From contig RDEW01000023.1 of the NCBI GenBank assembly GCA_011109175.1, positions 848,154 through 912,153 of the forward strand: 64,000 nt of DNA, given 5' to 3'. This DNA is from Dicyema japonicum. Taxonomy: Eukaryota > Animalia > Dicyemida. A program made the position numbers and the translations under genes. Shown piece after piece: positions 51,452-64,000 of this stretch (within the stretch, counting starts at the first letter, position 1; every line of letters starts with the position of its first letter). The notes below the pieces were generated by a model. That model saw only the letters and a list, made by a program, of their open reading frames with translations. It had not been told where the DNA came from and made no database searches.

Positions 51452-52017
51452 TTCCTGTTTAGTAATTGCGAGGAGAATCCACTTTTGATAACTTTTTATG
51501 GAAGCCTCTTTTTTTCAAAAAGTGAATATTTTACGAGAAGGATCTCACTGCAAAGTTCAGTTTGTTTCCTGAGTCTAATTCTTTCAAATCATTGGAGTAT
51601 CTTATCAGACAGACGACTAAAAAAATCTCAATATTCGATTTTATAACACTGGTTGGTACCAAGAAAAACTTCCGACATGGCTTAGGGTAAGTGAAATGTT
51701 CAATGTTGACGGCGCATCTTAGTTGCATTGAACCATCAGCAGAATGGAAATGACGAGACTCGAATAAAGGGCCTTAAGGCCTTATGTCAGGCACTCGTTA
51801 CACGGGGTCACCAGGAAATGAATAGTCCTCTATTGTATTCGAGATGATATCATAATGTCTACAATAAATTACTGAATTTAATCAGCATAATATAATCCTT
51901 CAAATACCTTCCTGTATATTAGGAGTTAGATATGTGAATCTATAAGTAATTAATTCTTGTGGTGATGAACACGATTGTTTTTACTAATAATAGTGGGAAA
52001 TTCCCTCGGACTTTCCT

Positions 52018-52940
52018 GTGAATAAACCGACTGGACAAAATATTGAGAACGCAGACGAGGTGGTCCGAGGGCTGTTAAGAGTACAAGAAATTGATCCAAA
52101 TTCACCAACTGAGAGCAGAACAAATATCAATCTCTCCAAGCGATTATCGGCCAGGCAAATAAGGAGGACAAAGTTGATTGGGTGTGTGAGGTTTTCTGAT
52201 ATCCAAGGCATGATTTGGAAGACTACCTCGAGGAGGATGGTTTTTATTAACGAAACCCTTCAATGATAAATTTCATACGTTGACGTTAGTAGCAAACTTA
52301 AAAAACTTAGTGAAATCCGAAACAGTGTGTACCATTGGTCAAAAGGATCTGGAAACTGGGAAATGTTTCAAAAAATCAGAAATATCGTACTACAAAAATG
52401 GTATAGATGAGCAATAGTCCACAATTCAAGTGAGGTTAATCACTCACGATGGTAGGAAACGTACAAAGAAAGTGCAATACCAACTTCTTAGAAAGGAGGA
52501 TTTAATTGCTTTTAACGCCACAATAAATAATTATATAATGTAATCTCTACCAACAAATATAAGCGATATTACGGATACTGTTTATGCTGGACAGCGGGCG
52601 TATGAGGCTCTCTTATAATGTGCCTGAAAGAAGATCGATTGGATCCACCATATGGAAGCCAAGCTTACAAAACTGAGAAAGCAGCTTGAACAAATAACAG
52701 AGAAAACTGGACTGAGAGGAAACCAAAGATAGGACGATGAATAGATACTTTGTCAATATGGATACCGAAAGTCAAAGAAAGGTGAATTAGAGAAAATCAG
52801 CGCTTGTATCCAGGATTACATAAAGATTGTGAGAAAAGACTTCGAGTACATGAATCTAGAAAGGAATTCAGAAGACATAATAAGTGTTTCGAACTCAACC
52901 TAAGATATTTTTATCGTGGTTTAGATGAGAGGCATGGCTG
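52018..52940 (+). mobile_element. R4/Dong-like N-terminal region, degenerate
   Basis: GYRKSKKGELEK and HNKCFELNLRYFYRGL match the 9254-9466 element. Confidence 0.6.
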
Positions 52941-52949
52941 TATAAACGT

Positions 52950-55900
52950 GACGGTGAAAAAAGCACTTTCCTATGCTGAAAAAAGCACATCCCTACCCAT
53001 TTTGGAGCCGACAAGTCTCACTAGAGAAAATGGCAAACGCGTCGATAGGAGTACAACATTTCCTTTTGCTTTTTAAGACACAACATGTTATAATAGATAC
53101 TCTCCGAAAAATTTGCCCGCTTCAGTCTAGTCTTCATGTTCTAGCCGACTTCAGAAGATAAGGATGTACCTAACCATTTCGAGGAGCATTGTTTGTCCCG
53201 TTGCTCTTTAGAGGTGAGGAATCCTTGGCTCTAAAGCGGACGATCTAGTCCGTCGGATCGGTTCAAAGATCCAAGGGACACCAAGGATCCACTTAAGACG
53301 GAATGGCTTTGAGAGATTAAAAATGTAAGTACACAAACTAACGAATAGGATTTCAATGATTTAATATTTTTTAAATTTTCAAAACTATAAATCAAAATAC
53401 AATATCACGTTTTATATAACTTCATTTCTTTATCTTATTTTAAACTTTATTTTGACATGCACATGTCATTCTCGCCTTATGTTGAAAACGTCATAACGAA
53501 ATGCGAAAAAAATTATGTTTTGAAATGCCTCACAAGCTTCTGGAAGAACGGAAAGCATTTGTTTTGAGCATCAAATATAAACAGTCATTGAACCATTCAT
53601 ATCTTACGCATGTGGTATATGGGTTCCATTCATCTCTTAGACAAATGTCTTGAACAGTGGTTCTCAACATTTTTGGTCTCCGAGCCAAATCAATAACTAA
53701 CAATTGGTTCGCGGGCCGCAAATTTAAAAAAAAATTAAACTTTATTAACTGAAAATAATGTGAGAATTGAATCTGCTTTACTTGGACTATTCTTTCAAAA
53801 CAGTTTTATGACGACGTACGTAAGAGTTGCATAAGATGTTCATAAGTTAATTGGTTGCGAAATTTGGTTTTGATACGTGTGAGTCGGCTGAACAGATCTT
53901 CACAAATATACGTTGATCCAAATACAAACGCATTTTTATACGCATTCGTAACCAAATGTGAGAATAGCTTGCTTCATAAGTTTCCCTTCAATGTAGGGTT
54001 TCATATGCTTTACGATAAGATGTTATCAATGACACCACCAAAAACAATTCGACGCGTAATGTTCTTCGCCAAGTTAATCGGGGATATTGTTATATTATTC
54101 TGAGAGCATGGGTATCTGGATTATTGCACCATGGGCGGCTATCCGAGGGATGTACTGGATTGTTTGAAAAGTCTGATAGTCCAAATGAAATCCCTATGCC
54201 CAACTATAAATACCTCAAAGTGTGAAGTTATCAATTTTGGATTTCCCCAGCATGAATGGGACTCGATCCTTCCGATGTTCAGAGATATCATTCCGAAGGC
54301 CACAGAAACCAAAGCAAAACAACTTGAAATACTGGAATCAGTAACACTCAGAACAAAAGAACAACAACTAAAACAGCATTCAGACGCCTGGAGATGCTGG
54401 ACGCACATACCTCCTTATTCTTTCTAAAAACTGAACTACGTTCTTCGTGGAGGGGGGAGTCACCCTGATACCTGAAAATGCAACACCTCGATGCTATCGA
54501 TTTCCTCTCTTCGGATCACTATTGAACGCATCACAATGTGAAATTTGACGGCCGAGGGTGGGACCAAGCGACCCTACCGTTAGTCTGAGCGGATTGGGAA
54601 TCCCATCACTTAATGATCAGGTCGGGACCCACCATGATGACGATACTGTCAGCATCGGCATCTCCACCAGACTTGGAATGGAGATTTGCCGGATTCAAAT
54701 TCTAGTGTGGCGGCAGCGTCGACTGTTATAGACTCCATGCCCTCTCTTGTCGGACAAGTGCAGGACGATTCCCAAGACACAAGGCGATCAACGGAATTAT
54801 CAAGCGATCCATGGAGTCTGCGTGTTACCTGCCATACTTGAACCTGTTGGCCTGGACAGAGGAGACGGAAAACGTCCTGACAGAATCACAATTTTCCCAT
54901 TCGAAGAAGGGAAACTTTTTGGTCTGGGATGCTACTTGTGTCGATGCAACTGGATGCACTCAGGTATGTCTCTTATGTGGACAATCGAATATCTGGAAAT
55001 TTGAAATTAACTGCACGCCATGTGAATCATTCGTCCATTTGGGCTCCATCAAGATGGGTTAAGCTTGCGCCGAGACGCTGTCGAGTTAGCTGTTCCCTCT
55101 AGTATTAGAAAGGAGGTCCCCAGGCGAAAAAAAATAGTTCAGCCAAACTTAACACTACCGCTTACTGACCACAGTCTCTTGAAGATCTCGAACCTCCGGA
55201 AAGCCAGGAATATCCCAGTGAAAATCCTTAAAGGAGTACCTATTGCCGCAGCATTGTGTTTTTCAGATGCCATTGATCACGCACTTCTACTGAGAGTTGG
55301 GAATCCTGGATAAAACTCATATGCTTCGCACCTGTCGCACTCGGAATACCTACAACTGAATTTGAAAAGAATTATAAAAAAACAAACTCCGGCTCAACTA
55401 TCCGGGAAACTGAAAGGAAGCAAAATGAATTTTAAGCAGTCAAAACAACAAACTCAATACTTGAAAAGCCACTTAATGTCAATGAGGTCGAGACCAGAGG
55501 GGCATACACCAAAGAGTAAACCGGAAACTTCTGGAGGGCGATGTGCGTCAACCATACGGGTCATCACGTCGATGACACAGTATTGTCTTGTACCCCCGAG
55601 CTCCTGGATGCCTTTAATATTTAGCACCCAGATGCACTGATTTACTATGGAAAGTTTTTGAATATTGAAGAAACCACGGAGATAATATAACCGAATCCGA
55701 AGTCGCTGCGCAGGGTTATGTCTATGCAATATTAAGGAGCGTCAAGAGCAGCGGAGGCTTGGAAGGGTTATGTTTATGCCATATTAAGGAGCTTGGGTCC
55801 ACTTACACCTCGAAGCTGGACGCTGTCTTGTCAAATCAATTACGGACCTAATCAGAAAAATGGTTAACGGTGACATCTCAGAATATGACTGAGAATTGCT

Positions 55901-56260
55901 CTTCTCCACAGCGCTAACATGCTTTCAAAAAACCAAATGGGGGAATCCGTCCCATTACGGTCGGAAACTATTTCAGATGACTTGCACAAAGGTAGCATCG
56001 ACCCTGGTGAGCCGACAACTTGGAAGGGAGTTCAATCCTAAACAGATGGGTGCTAGTATCCAGAACAGATGTGAGGCTGCGGATAATGCAGCAAGGCGTT
56101 TCTTCACACAGAGAAATATTTCAATTAACTGCATTGGAATCAAGTTGGGCATAACGAATGTCTTCAATTCTCCCAGAAGAGATACTTTTATTTATTCTAT
56201 GATTAATAAAATTCTAAATTTCTGGTATTTTTTAAATAAGAAAAAATATCATTTTATTAA
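52950..56260 (+). mobile_element. Cluster of CRE-clade fragments with a hAT 5' end starting at 53655
   Basis: LEPTSLTRENGKR; INTSKCEV; LEPVGLDRGDGKRPD; RCEAA...KLGITNVFNS. CAGTGGTTCTCAAC hAT-type TIR at 53655. Confidence 0.65.
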
Positions 56261-56264
56261 CTTA

Positions 56265-57921
56265 CAGGGTTTTCCTATTTATTTAATAACTTTGTCATAA
56301 AATTTAATAACTTTGTCAAAAAATTTAATAACTTTGTCATAAAATTTAATAACTTTGTCATAAAGTTTAATAACTTTGTCATAAAATTTAATAACTTCGT
56401 CAAAATATTTAATAACTTTGTCAAAATGCTAAATAATTTTGTCAAAATGTTTAATAACTTTGTCAAAATGTTTAATAACTTTGTCAAGGGTCAAATTAAA
56501 AAAAACCAATTTTATAATTAATTGAAAAAAACAACTGTAAATTAAAATTCTTCATAAGCTAATGCTTTAACTAAATAGCTCCGCATGTGGCTATACAAAT
56601 TATTGCACACATCTGATGGAATTTCTCCGATGTTTTGGATTGCGTTTATTAATTCCTCAGAGTTCCTACAATTTTTCTTTTTGATGTTATTTTTCCAAAC
56701 AGAAAAAAACTCTTCAATTGGATTGAGTTGAGGAGTATAAGGAGGCAAAAAATACAATTCATACCCTATACACGTTAAAAATTAATTGGATACCAGTTCC
56801 GAATACAACATTTTTTAATTGCTCGCTCTTGTGAATTGATGCATTGTCACATATCAATACCATGTCTTAAATATAATATATAACCATACTTTTTTTCCCT
56901 GCATGTTCAAGCTTATAATTAAGCTGTATTACAAAATCAATGAACGTCTCTGCGCGATAAGGGGAGGAATTGATTTCGTAATGTAAAAGGCCGTCCACAG
57001 AAATAGCAGCACAAATAGAAAAATTTTTCTCTCTTATGTTTCTAATACATTTTTTCGGAGTAACTCCTTTTATAGATCTTCCAAATTTGGATCTCATAGA
57101 ACAATTGACTCCCATTTCGTCTATAAAAATAAGCCGTTGATCAATTTCAATTATTTTTCTGGCAAATCTATATCTTTCTTCCATATTTATTGTAGAATTT
57201 CTCGCCATAGGTACAAATTGAATCTTTTTAAAACTATATCCAAATGTATCTAGCGTCCTATTTATTGTCGATAAAGAGACATTTTTTCTTTGCACATCAA
57301 ATAAAGAATTTTTTAAATTTTCAGAGTAAATGAAGCATCTTCTTCAATTTTTTTAGTCAAAAATAAGATGTCCGATGAATTAAGTTTTTTTTTTTCGTCC
57401 TCAATTAATTCTTATTAAAGCAAAACATCCTGTATTTTTGTATTTTTTGACGATAGAAACAACTGTCTGATAGTTAATACAGATGTCTTTTCTTATTTTT
57501 GAATAAGCTAACCCTGCTTCATATTTATTTATAATAAGTTTTCGGTTTTCTTCGGATACAGTAGTATTTTTGTTTTTGTAACTATTCATTTAATTCATTT
57601 TGCACAAAAATTTGTATTTATAGGAACTTAATAATCCAATATATATAAATAATGATCTAATAAATATAAATAATGATCTAATAAAAATAAATAATTATCT
57701 CAATAAATATAAATAGTAATCCCAAAAATATAAATAATAATCTTTACTGAGTTATTAAACATTTTGACAAAGTTATTAAACATTTTGACAAAGTTATTAA
57801 GTATTTTGACGAATTATTAACATTTTGACAAAGTTATTAAATTTTATGACAAAGTTATTAAATTTTTTGACAAAGTTATTAAATTTTATGACAAAGTTAT
57901 TAAATAAATAGGAAAACCCTG
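56265..57921 (-). mobile_element. Tc1-family (DD34E) DNA transposon with repeat-built TIRs and two micro-introns
   Basis: TA flanks 56263-64 and 57922-23; TIR CAGGGTTTTCCTATTTATTTAATAAC. IFIDEMG...ICDNASIH...TPQLNPIE. Splicing 56866-56889 and 56766-56793 gives exactly 34 residues between D and E. Nonsense and frameshift lesions in the 5' part. Confidence 0.9.
56281..56488. repeat. 21-bp tandem repeat in the left TIR (about 10 units), mirrored at about 57745-57905
   Basis: Unit ATTTAATAACTTTGTCA(T/A)AAA; reverse complement at the right end. Confidence 0.9.
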
Positions 57922-57939
57922 TATCTTTCAATGCTTGTT

Positions 57940-59300
57940 GTTAACGCCAAGTTTTGTATGCTTCTATTTTTCCTCGAGTCGTTGTTCGCATCGCTATATT
58001 ATAGTATATTCTGTTTTCTCGGTGTTAATTTTTAGGAATGATTTTTCAAATGTTTTTTGCCAATTTGTCGATAATACCTTCTAATTGGTAGTCTGCTGCC
58101 GTGAGATCTATGGCATCTGCGAAGATGACTTCCGTTATATGTCTGGGGATATTATTCATGACTTCTAGTAGGATTTCCTTCAGATTTGTGATGAATAATA
58201 CCGAGGATAGGGCGTCTCCTTGAGGGGTGCCTTTCTTTGTTCCTAATACACTGGAATTCTGACTTCCGAACTGGATAAATAGTTGAGTGGAGGAGAGTAG
58301 ACAACGAATTATTCTGATGCAATCTTCTTGAATAGTGGTGTTAATAATTGTATCATCTTGACTACACTGATTGAGTCAAATGCCTTAGATAGGTCTATTC
58401 CCATTATGGGGTACTCCCTTTATATTTTGGCATGAAGCACACATCCATTTGTGGCTCCAAACAGCATCGAAGTTTATCTTCTAGAGACAAACCCACTTTG
58501 GCTAGCTTCGATAAATCAACGTAGTAGGGCTTTTATTCTGTCTAGAGCGATTCGATAGAATTTTGCTCAGTCATGTTTGATTGGTCTTAAGCTGTTTAGC
58601 TATCCTTTTTCCATCCCCGTTTTATGTAAGGGGATTAATTTTCCGATTTCGATGTAAATTCTGGAGTGTTCCTCAAATGTTTTGTTCGGATGTGAGTAAT
58701 GAGTTTTGAAACTCTTCAGGAGCGTAATTTATGAGTTCTGCATTAACAAATCTAGGCCTGGGGCTGTTAAGTTGTTTAGTCTAGTCACAGTTTTTTAACT
58801 TCTGTTAAGGTTATCTCTGGTGATAGCTTTCTGGGGAGTCCATCAACGGATAAAGCGTTTTTTCGTTATCAAAATTGAAATATTTTTCTAAGTGATCAAC
58901 TATTTCTCGCATAATTTTATTCTTTGGATTTTGAACTCAGTTGCTTTCAATTGGTTGTGCGTGTTCATGTATTTGATACGTAGATCCTTTTGTAAATTGT
59001 AGATGTGATCTATATGTGGGTCGTGTATACCTTTGATTGTTTTGGGAATTTTACCAATCGTGTGATTAGCCACTGATTTTATTTTGTAACGAGTTTATTC
59101 CATAAACTTCCATCAGGTAAATTGAGATTGATCGATTATATGGTATGCGATATTTTAGCTGAATAGTTATTTCTGTAGATAGAATTGTTTCTTAAGAGTT
59201 TGACAGCGTATCTAAGTTCTCTGTGTCTGTTTTTGACTCTGTTAATCCAAAATCTTTCTTGAGAAGTTTGATTACCTTTCTTGAGAAGTTTGATTACCTT
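57940..59300 (-). mobile_element. RTE-like LINE RT fragment
   Basis: SVLGTKKGTPQGDALSSVLFI; reverse complement of about 63200-63960. Confidence 0.7.
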
Positions 59301-59499
59301 TCCTTATCATTACGGATAAACCAACAGGGAAGATCTATACCGAATTAGAGATGTTGAGGCAAACCCTAGAAAGTCACAATAGTTTAACTCAATAAACAAT
59401 CTAACATTTTTTTGGAACGGAACTCGAAGGTAGAATACCTCTGTTTTTTGATACACCCTCTGGATTTTGAACACTTCAAAAATTTTATTAAAAAATTAA

Positions 59500-60300
59500 T
59501 AAGAACCATATACAAACAACCAGGAACCTACAGACACCATAGCTAATCACTTCGAAAAATATTTCAATTTTAATAAGAAGAATCACTTTATGCGTTTGAT
59601 GGACTCGACAGAAAAGATATCACCAATGATAACCTTAACAGAATTTTAAAAACTGTGACTAGACTAAACAACTTAACAGTCCTAGGCCCTAGATTTGTTA
59701 ATGCAGAGCTCATAAAATACGCTCATGAAAATTTTCTAAACTCATTACTCACATTCCGAACAAAACATTTGAGGAATACTCCAGAATAAAATTGGAATCA
59801 GAAAATTAATCCCTTTACATAAAACTGAAAAGGAAATAAAATAGCTAAACAGCTTAAGACCAATCAAACATGACTGAGCAAATTCTATCGTAATCGCTGT
59901 AGACAAAATAAAAGCCCCACTACGTTGATTTATCGAAGCTAGATTTATTTCTTGCAGAGATAATTAGGTCGTCTGCATAGGATAAAAACATAGTGTCCTG
60001 ATCATTGGTAGTAGCTAGGTCATGTAGAAAAAGGTTGAAAATAAGAGAAGATAAAGGGGAGCCTTGCAGAACCCCATTGTAAAGTAGTCTTAATTTTGAA
60101 GAGTTTTGTCAATTCGGACCCTTCCGCGTCGTCAGTTAAGAAGTTTTCCAGCCATAGCTTGATGTTTGGGTGTAAGTTCGAGTTAAAAATCTTTTGAGTT
60201 AGGAGTTTCCTCGGAACATATTCAAAGGCCTTCTGTATGTCGATGAATATCTAAGGCCGTCCGTAAGTGTGTTCTCATGTTGAAGCCGTAAGTAATAAAC
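59500..60300. mobile_element. RTE-like fragment (+, 59500-59945) fused to a Vingi-like RT fragment (-, 59945-60300)
   Basis: First part is an inverted copy of about 58495-58950; second part closely matches 37205-37560. Confidence 0.75.
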
Positions 60301-60329
60301 TGCAGTGTGCTTTTTAATAATAACTTTAC

Positions 60330-61330
60330 TAACGTTGTTTTGCGGTGTGTTTATTATTAATAACAACGATCTACAAGAGCTATACTATTAAAATTTTGAA
60401 GAGGAGATTAAGACAGTTCGCACATCTATATAAACATAAAAGACGTCAATTCCTTACCATTCTCTAGCTTTTGATTACTCTGGAAATGTGTTTATACAGA
60501 TCTCTATTACATTGAGAATTGAGCCATCAAAATTTCTAACATGCTATACTCGTTCGACTTGACAAGGGTCAATAAGACTGAGAGACAAAGGCTTAGGTAT
60601 CTTCCGAATTTGGCTAATCGATTCTAACTTCATGCTTTCGTCTTTCTTTAGACAGTCTCTCAGTTTTTTGTTTAAGGATAGCTTAATTGCAGTTCTAATC
60701 TTTTTTCCGAGGTATAAGCACATATCACAAAAGAACCAGTCCTCGCATCAATAAAGTACTCCAAGAAACATGAGACTTGTTTTACAAATATTACTGAGTC
60801 TTACAAAAAATCGTAATACCATCTTAATTTGAAGAATACAAGTTATGGCTGTTGCATGACAAATCAGTATGGACGAGTTTATAATTATTATCTGATTCTT
60901 GTGGCTTAGTGATCGTTAAGTAGGATGACCCAAATCAAATATTTTATCACTATGGGTAGAATCTTGGTGTATACCTAGTATTACTAGTTCTATCTGTTTA
61001 TGCAAGAAGGTCAACAGATAAAAGATAGTCTCAATTTCTTCATCTTCGCAACAATTATAAAATAGAATCGAGAGACTTAAATCAAAATTATTTCATTTAT
61101 AAATATATACGATTCAAATAAAAAGATTGTATTTCAAATTAACTCGAAAAATATTGATACTTATAAAATGAAGTTTAAATACTATAATAAAATGTATTTA
61201 TATAAAACGTGATATTGTATTTTGATTTATCGTTTTGAACATGTAGTTTTGTTGTTCAAAAATATTAAAATTAAAGTCATATTTTTTTGTTTGTGTACTT
61301 ACATTTTTGAAAATTTTTAATTTATTCTTG
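60330..61330 (+). mobile_element. Degenerate CRE-like thumb region and 3' sequence
   Basis: RDKGLGI remnant; 61200-61310 is an inverted relative of 53320-53420. Confidence 0.4.
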
Positions 61331-62059
61331 GCAAAATGATTATTCATATTATTTCTTGGAAGATCGTCTGTATTATATCCCCTAAAGTATTATAAAAACT
61401 TACTTATTATTATTTATTAAAAATTCATAATGTGACATAATTTCACTACTCTCGAAACTATAATAATAAAAATAAGTTTATACTAATAACGTGCTGATGA
61501 ATACTTTGTAAATCGGATATTATCAATTTTTTCAAAATTATAAATTAAAAATTTGATTCTGTTTTTAGTTTTATCAATAAAATCGTTTTTTAAAAAATTC
61601 TATTATATTAAGTAATCAAAAACTTTGAATATTATTTCATATGAAGTTATTCTGATAAATGTATTTACATTATTGGTTATCTCATTATCTCTATAAAAAT
61701 TTAAATTTTTTTGACAAACCTTGTCGAATCGATAAAATTTGCAGATATTATTGTGAATGAATCAGTAATATAATAATTTCTATTGCTGGATTTAAAGATA
61801 TCTAAATCTTTCTATCAATGTTTATAGTAGTGTAATACATAATAAATATGAACATTTATTGGATCTGACATTACATTGTTGAGTTTATTGCATGTTAATA
61901 TACGTTGAATTATACAAGCTTCCATAACCAACTATATAAATAAAAAACTATAAATAATTTAATTTAATATAAATTATCAATTATTAGTTTATATTTTTAA
62001 ATTAAACATATTTGAACAATTATGCTTCCTTAAAAAAGTTATCACTTCTCCGCGATTAT

Positions 62060-63960
62060 TTTGGTTGAGGTTGGTGACGCATCTCAAATTGCACTAATGT
62101 CTCTTTCACTCTTTCGAAACTCTCTCTTCACGCTAGCATCCTTCAACGTTCGAAGAGTAAAGTCGTCGGTCAAAAGAAGTTCACTCTGCCAGGATTTGAA
62201 ACAATACAAAATTACTAAGAGACCAAAGTCCAAGAAGGATTCAACGAACAAAATGCTGACCATGACCTTATCATGTTTCCTTCCAACTGTCATCACTAAG
62301 GAAAGGGATTTGCGGTAGAAATCAAACTCCGGGAATATATATCAAGAATATGGAAAGTGAATTACAGAATTTGCGTAATTCAATTAGAAACTGGATCTAA
62401 CTCTACAATTACAATTATAAATGTATATGCTCATACATTTCCAAAACTCTCTAAAACCCAACGGAACTGAAATATTTTAACAGTTCAATATCCACAACCC
62501 TTATGGTAATATCCACGAGGTATGTACTTTACATAAGTGCGAGATTGGAACGCGAAAGTCGGAAAATGTGCGGAGAACTGAGCTTCATGGGTACCCATGG
62601 GTGAGGTCAGAAAAACATGTCTGAAGCAACTATGGCCAACTTTGTGATTAATAAACAATTATTCATTTGCAACACAGCATTCCAGCACGCTGCAAGGCAT
62701 ATCAAGACCTGGACTGATGAACGCCGAGACTTAAATGGACATTTAATCAAAATATATAACCAATTTGACTACATTCTGTTTCGACAATCACAGAAAACCC
62801 TATTCTCAGATTCCAGAACATATGGAAGGAACGCTAACATAGAGTGACTATAAACTATTAGTAATCACACTTCTCTTAAAGAAAAGATTTTGGATTAACA
62901 GAGTCAAAAACAGACACAGAGAAGTTAGATACGCATTCGAATTCTAAAGAAACATTCTTATCTGCGTAAATAGCTACGCAGATAATATATCACAAACTAT
63001 AGAATCGTTCAATCTCAATTTACCTGCTGGAAGTTTATGGAATAAACTCGTTGAAAAATAAAGAAAAAATCCCAGAATATCCACGAAACATTGCTACAGA
63101 ACTTTGCAAATGAAGTAGGATAGTACTAACACGTATATGCATCTGTAAAGATGCTATCGCGAAAAAAGTATTCTGCAAATCTAACAGTTCATGATGAACT
63201 AGGAAGAACCATTTACAACAACCAGGAAACCTACATACACCATAGCTAATCACTTAGAAAAATATTTCAATTTTTATAAGAAGAATCACTTTATGCGTTT
63301 GATGGACTCCCCAGAAAGCTATCACCAATTAAAACTTAACAAATTTAAAAACTGTGACTAGACTAAACAACTCAACAGCCCCAGAGCCTAGATATGTTAA
63401 TGCAGAGCTCATAAAATACGCTCATGAAGATTTTCTAAACTCATTACTTACATTCCGAACAAAACATTTGAGGAATACTCCAGAATAAAATTGGAATCAG
63501 AAAATTAATCCCTTTACATAACTAAAAAGGAAATAAAATAGCTAAACAGCTAAGACCAATCAAACATGACTGAGCAAAATTCTATCGTAATCGCTGTAGA
63601 CAGAATAAAAGCCCCACTACGTTGATTTATCGAAGCTAGCCAAAGTGGGTTTTCTTTGGAAGATCAACTTCCGATGCCGTTTGGAGCCACAAATGGATCT
63701 GTGCTTCATGCCAAAAATATAAAGATGAGTACCATATAATGGGAATCGACCTATCTAAGGCATTAGAGTCAATCAGTATATCAAGATAATACGAATATTA
63801 ACACCACTATCAAGGAAGATTGCATCAGAATAATTCGTTATCTATTCTCCTCCACTCAACTATTTTTCCAGCTCGGAAATCAGAATTCCAGAGTATTAAG
63901 AACAAACAAAGGCACCCCTCAAAGAGACGGCAAATCCCCGTTATTATTCATCACAAATCT
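62060..63960 (+). mobile_element. RTE-clade LINE (APE plus RT), degenerate
   Basis: TLASFNVR; ICNTAFQH...TW...NQFDYIL; APEPRYVNAELIKY; GTPQRD. Confidence 0.7.
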
Positions 63961-64000
63961 GGAAGGAAATCCTACAATTGCATAGCTGACAGATGGCTCA

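Noticed and set aside
56275-56487. ORF MTKLLNILTKLL... as a repeat protein
   Set aside because: Translation of the TIR tandem repeat.
56281-56488. 21-bp repeat array as a CRISPR
   Set aside because: No spacers; units are contiguous and mirrored at the other end of a TA-flanked Tc1 element in a eukaryotic context.

Overview
AT-rich eukaryotic (metazoan-type) nuclear DNA, not prokaryotic. Host genes have miniature GT-AG introns, mostly 21-28 nt. They are: a MARK/Par-1 kinase (1253-3640 +), an ARM-repeat protein (about 23330-26054 -), an ATOS/FAM214 homolog (29405-31124 -), EAF6/MEAF6 (about 42827-43254 +), and two mitochondrial-function genes that look disabled, XPNPEP3/Icp55 (four in-frame stops) and TMEM70 (1-nt frameshift). 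Most of the rest is nested transposon sequence: CRE-clade and R4/Dong-like RLE retrotransposons, Ingi/Vingi-like, Jockey-like and RTE-like APE LINEs, hAT, pogo/Tigger, Tc1 (DD34E) and Ginger-like integrase elements, and tRNA-derived SINEs with TSDs. Tiny introns with animal-type proteins fit a reduced metazoan parasite (dicyemid, orthonectid or myxozoan); this is inference. Best leads: (1) a full-length Vingi-like LINE with a 5' pseudoknot enclosing its start codon plus a 2A StopGo motif, and a ~325-bp non-autonomous partner family carrying the same pseudoknot and the LINE 3' end; (2) DNA transposons whose transposase/integrase genes carry host-sized micro-introns; (3) decay of mitochondrial genes while non-mitochondrial neighbours look intact; (4) a splice-competent tandem duplication of the MARK catalytic-loop exon. 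All gene models and homologies were read by eye; fragment coordinates are approximate.
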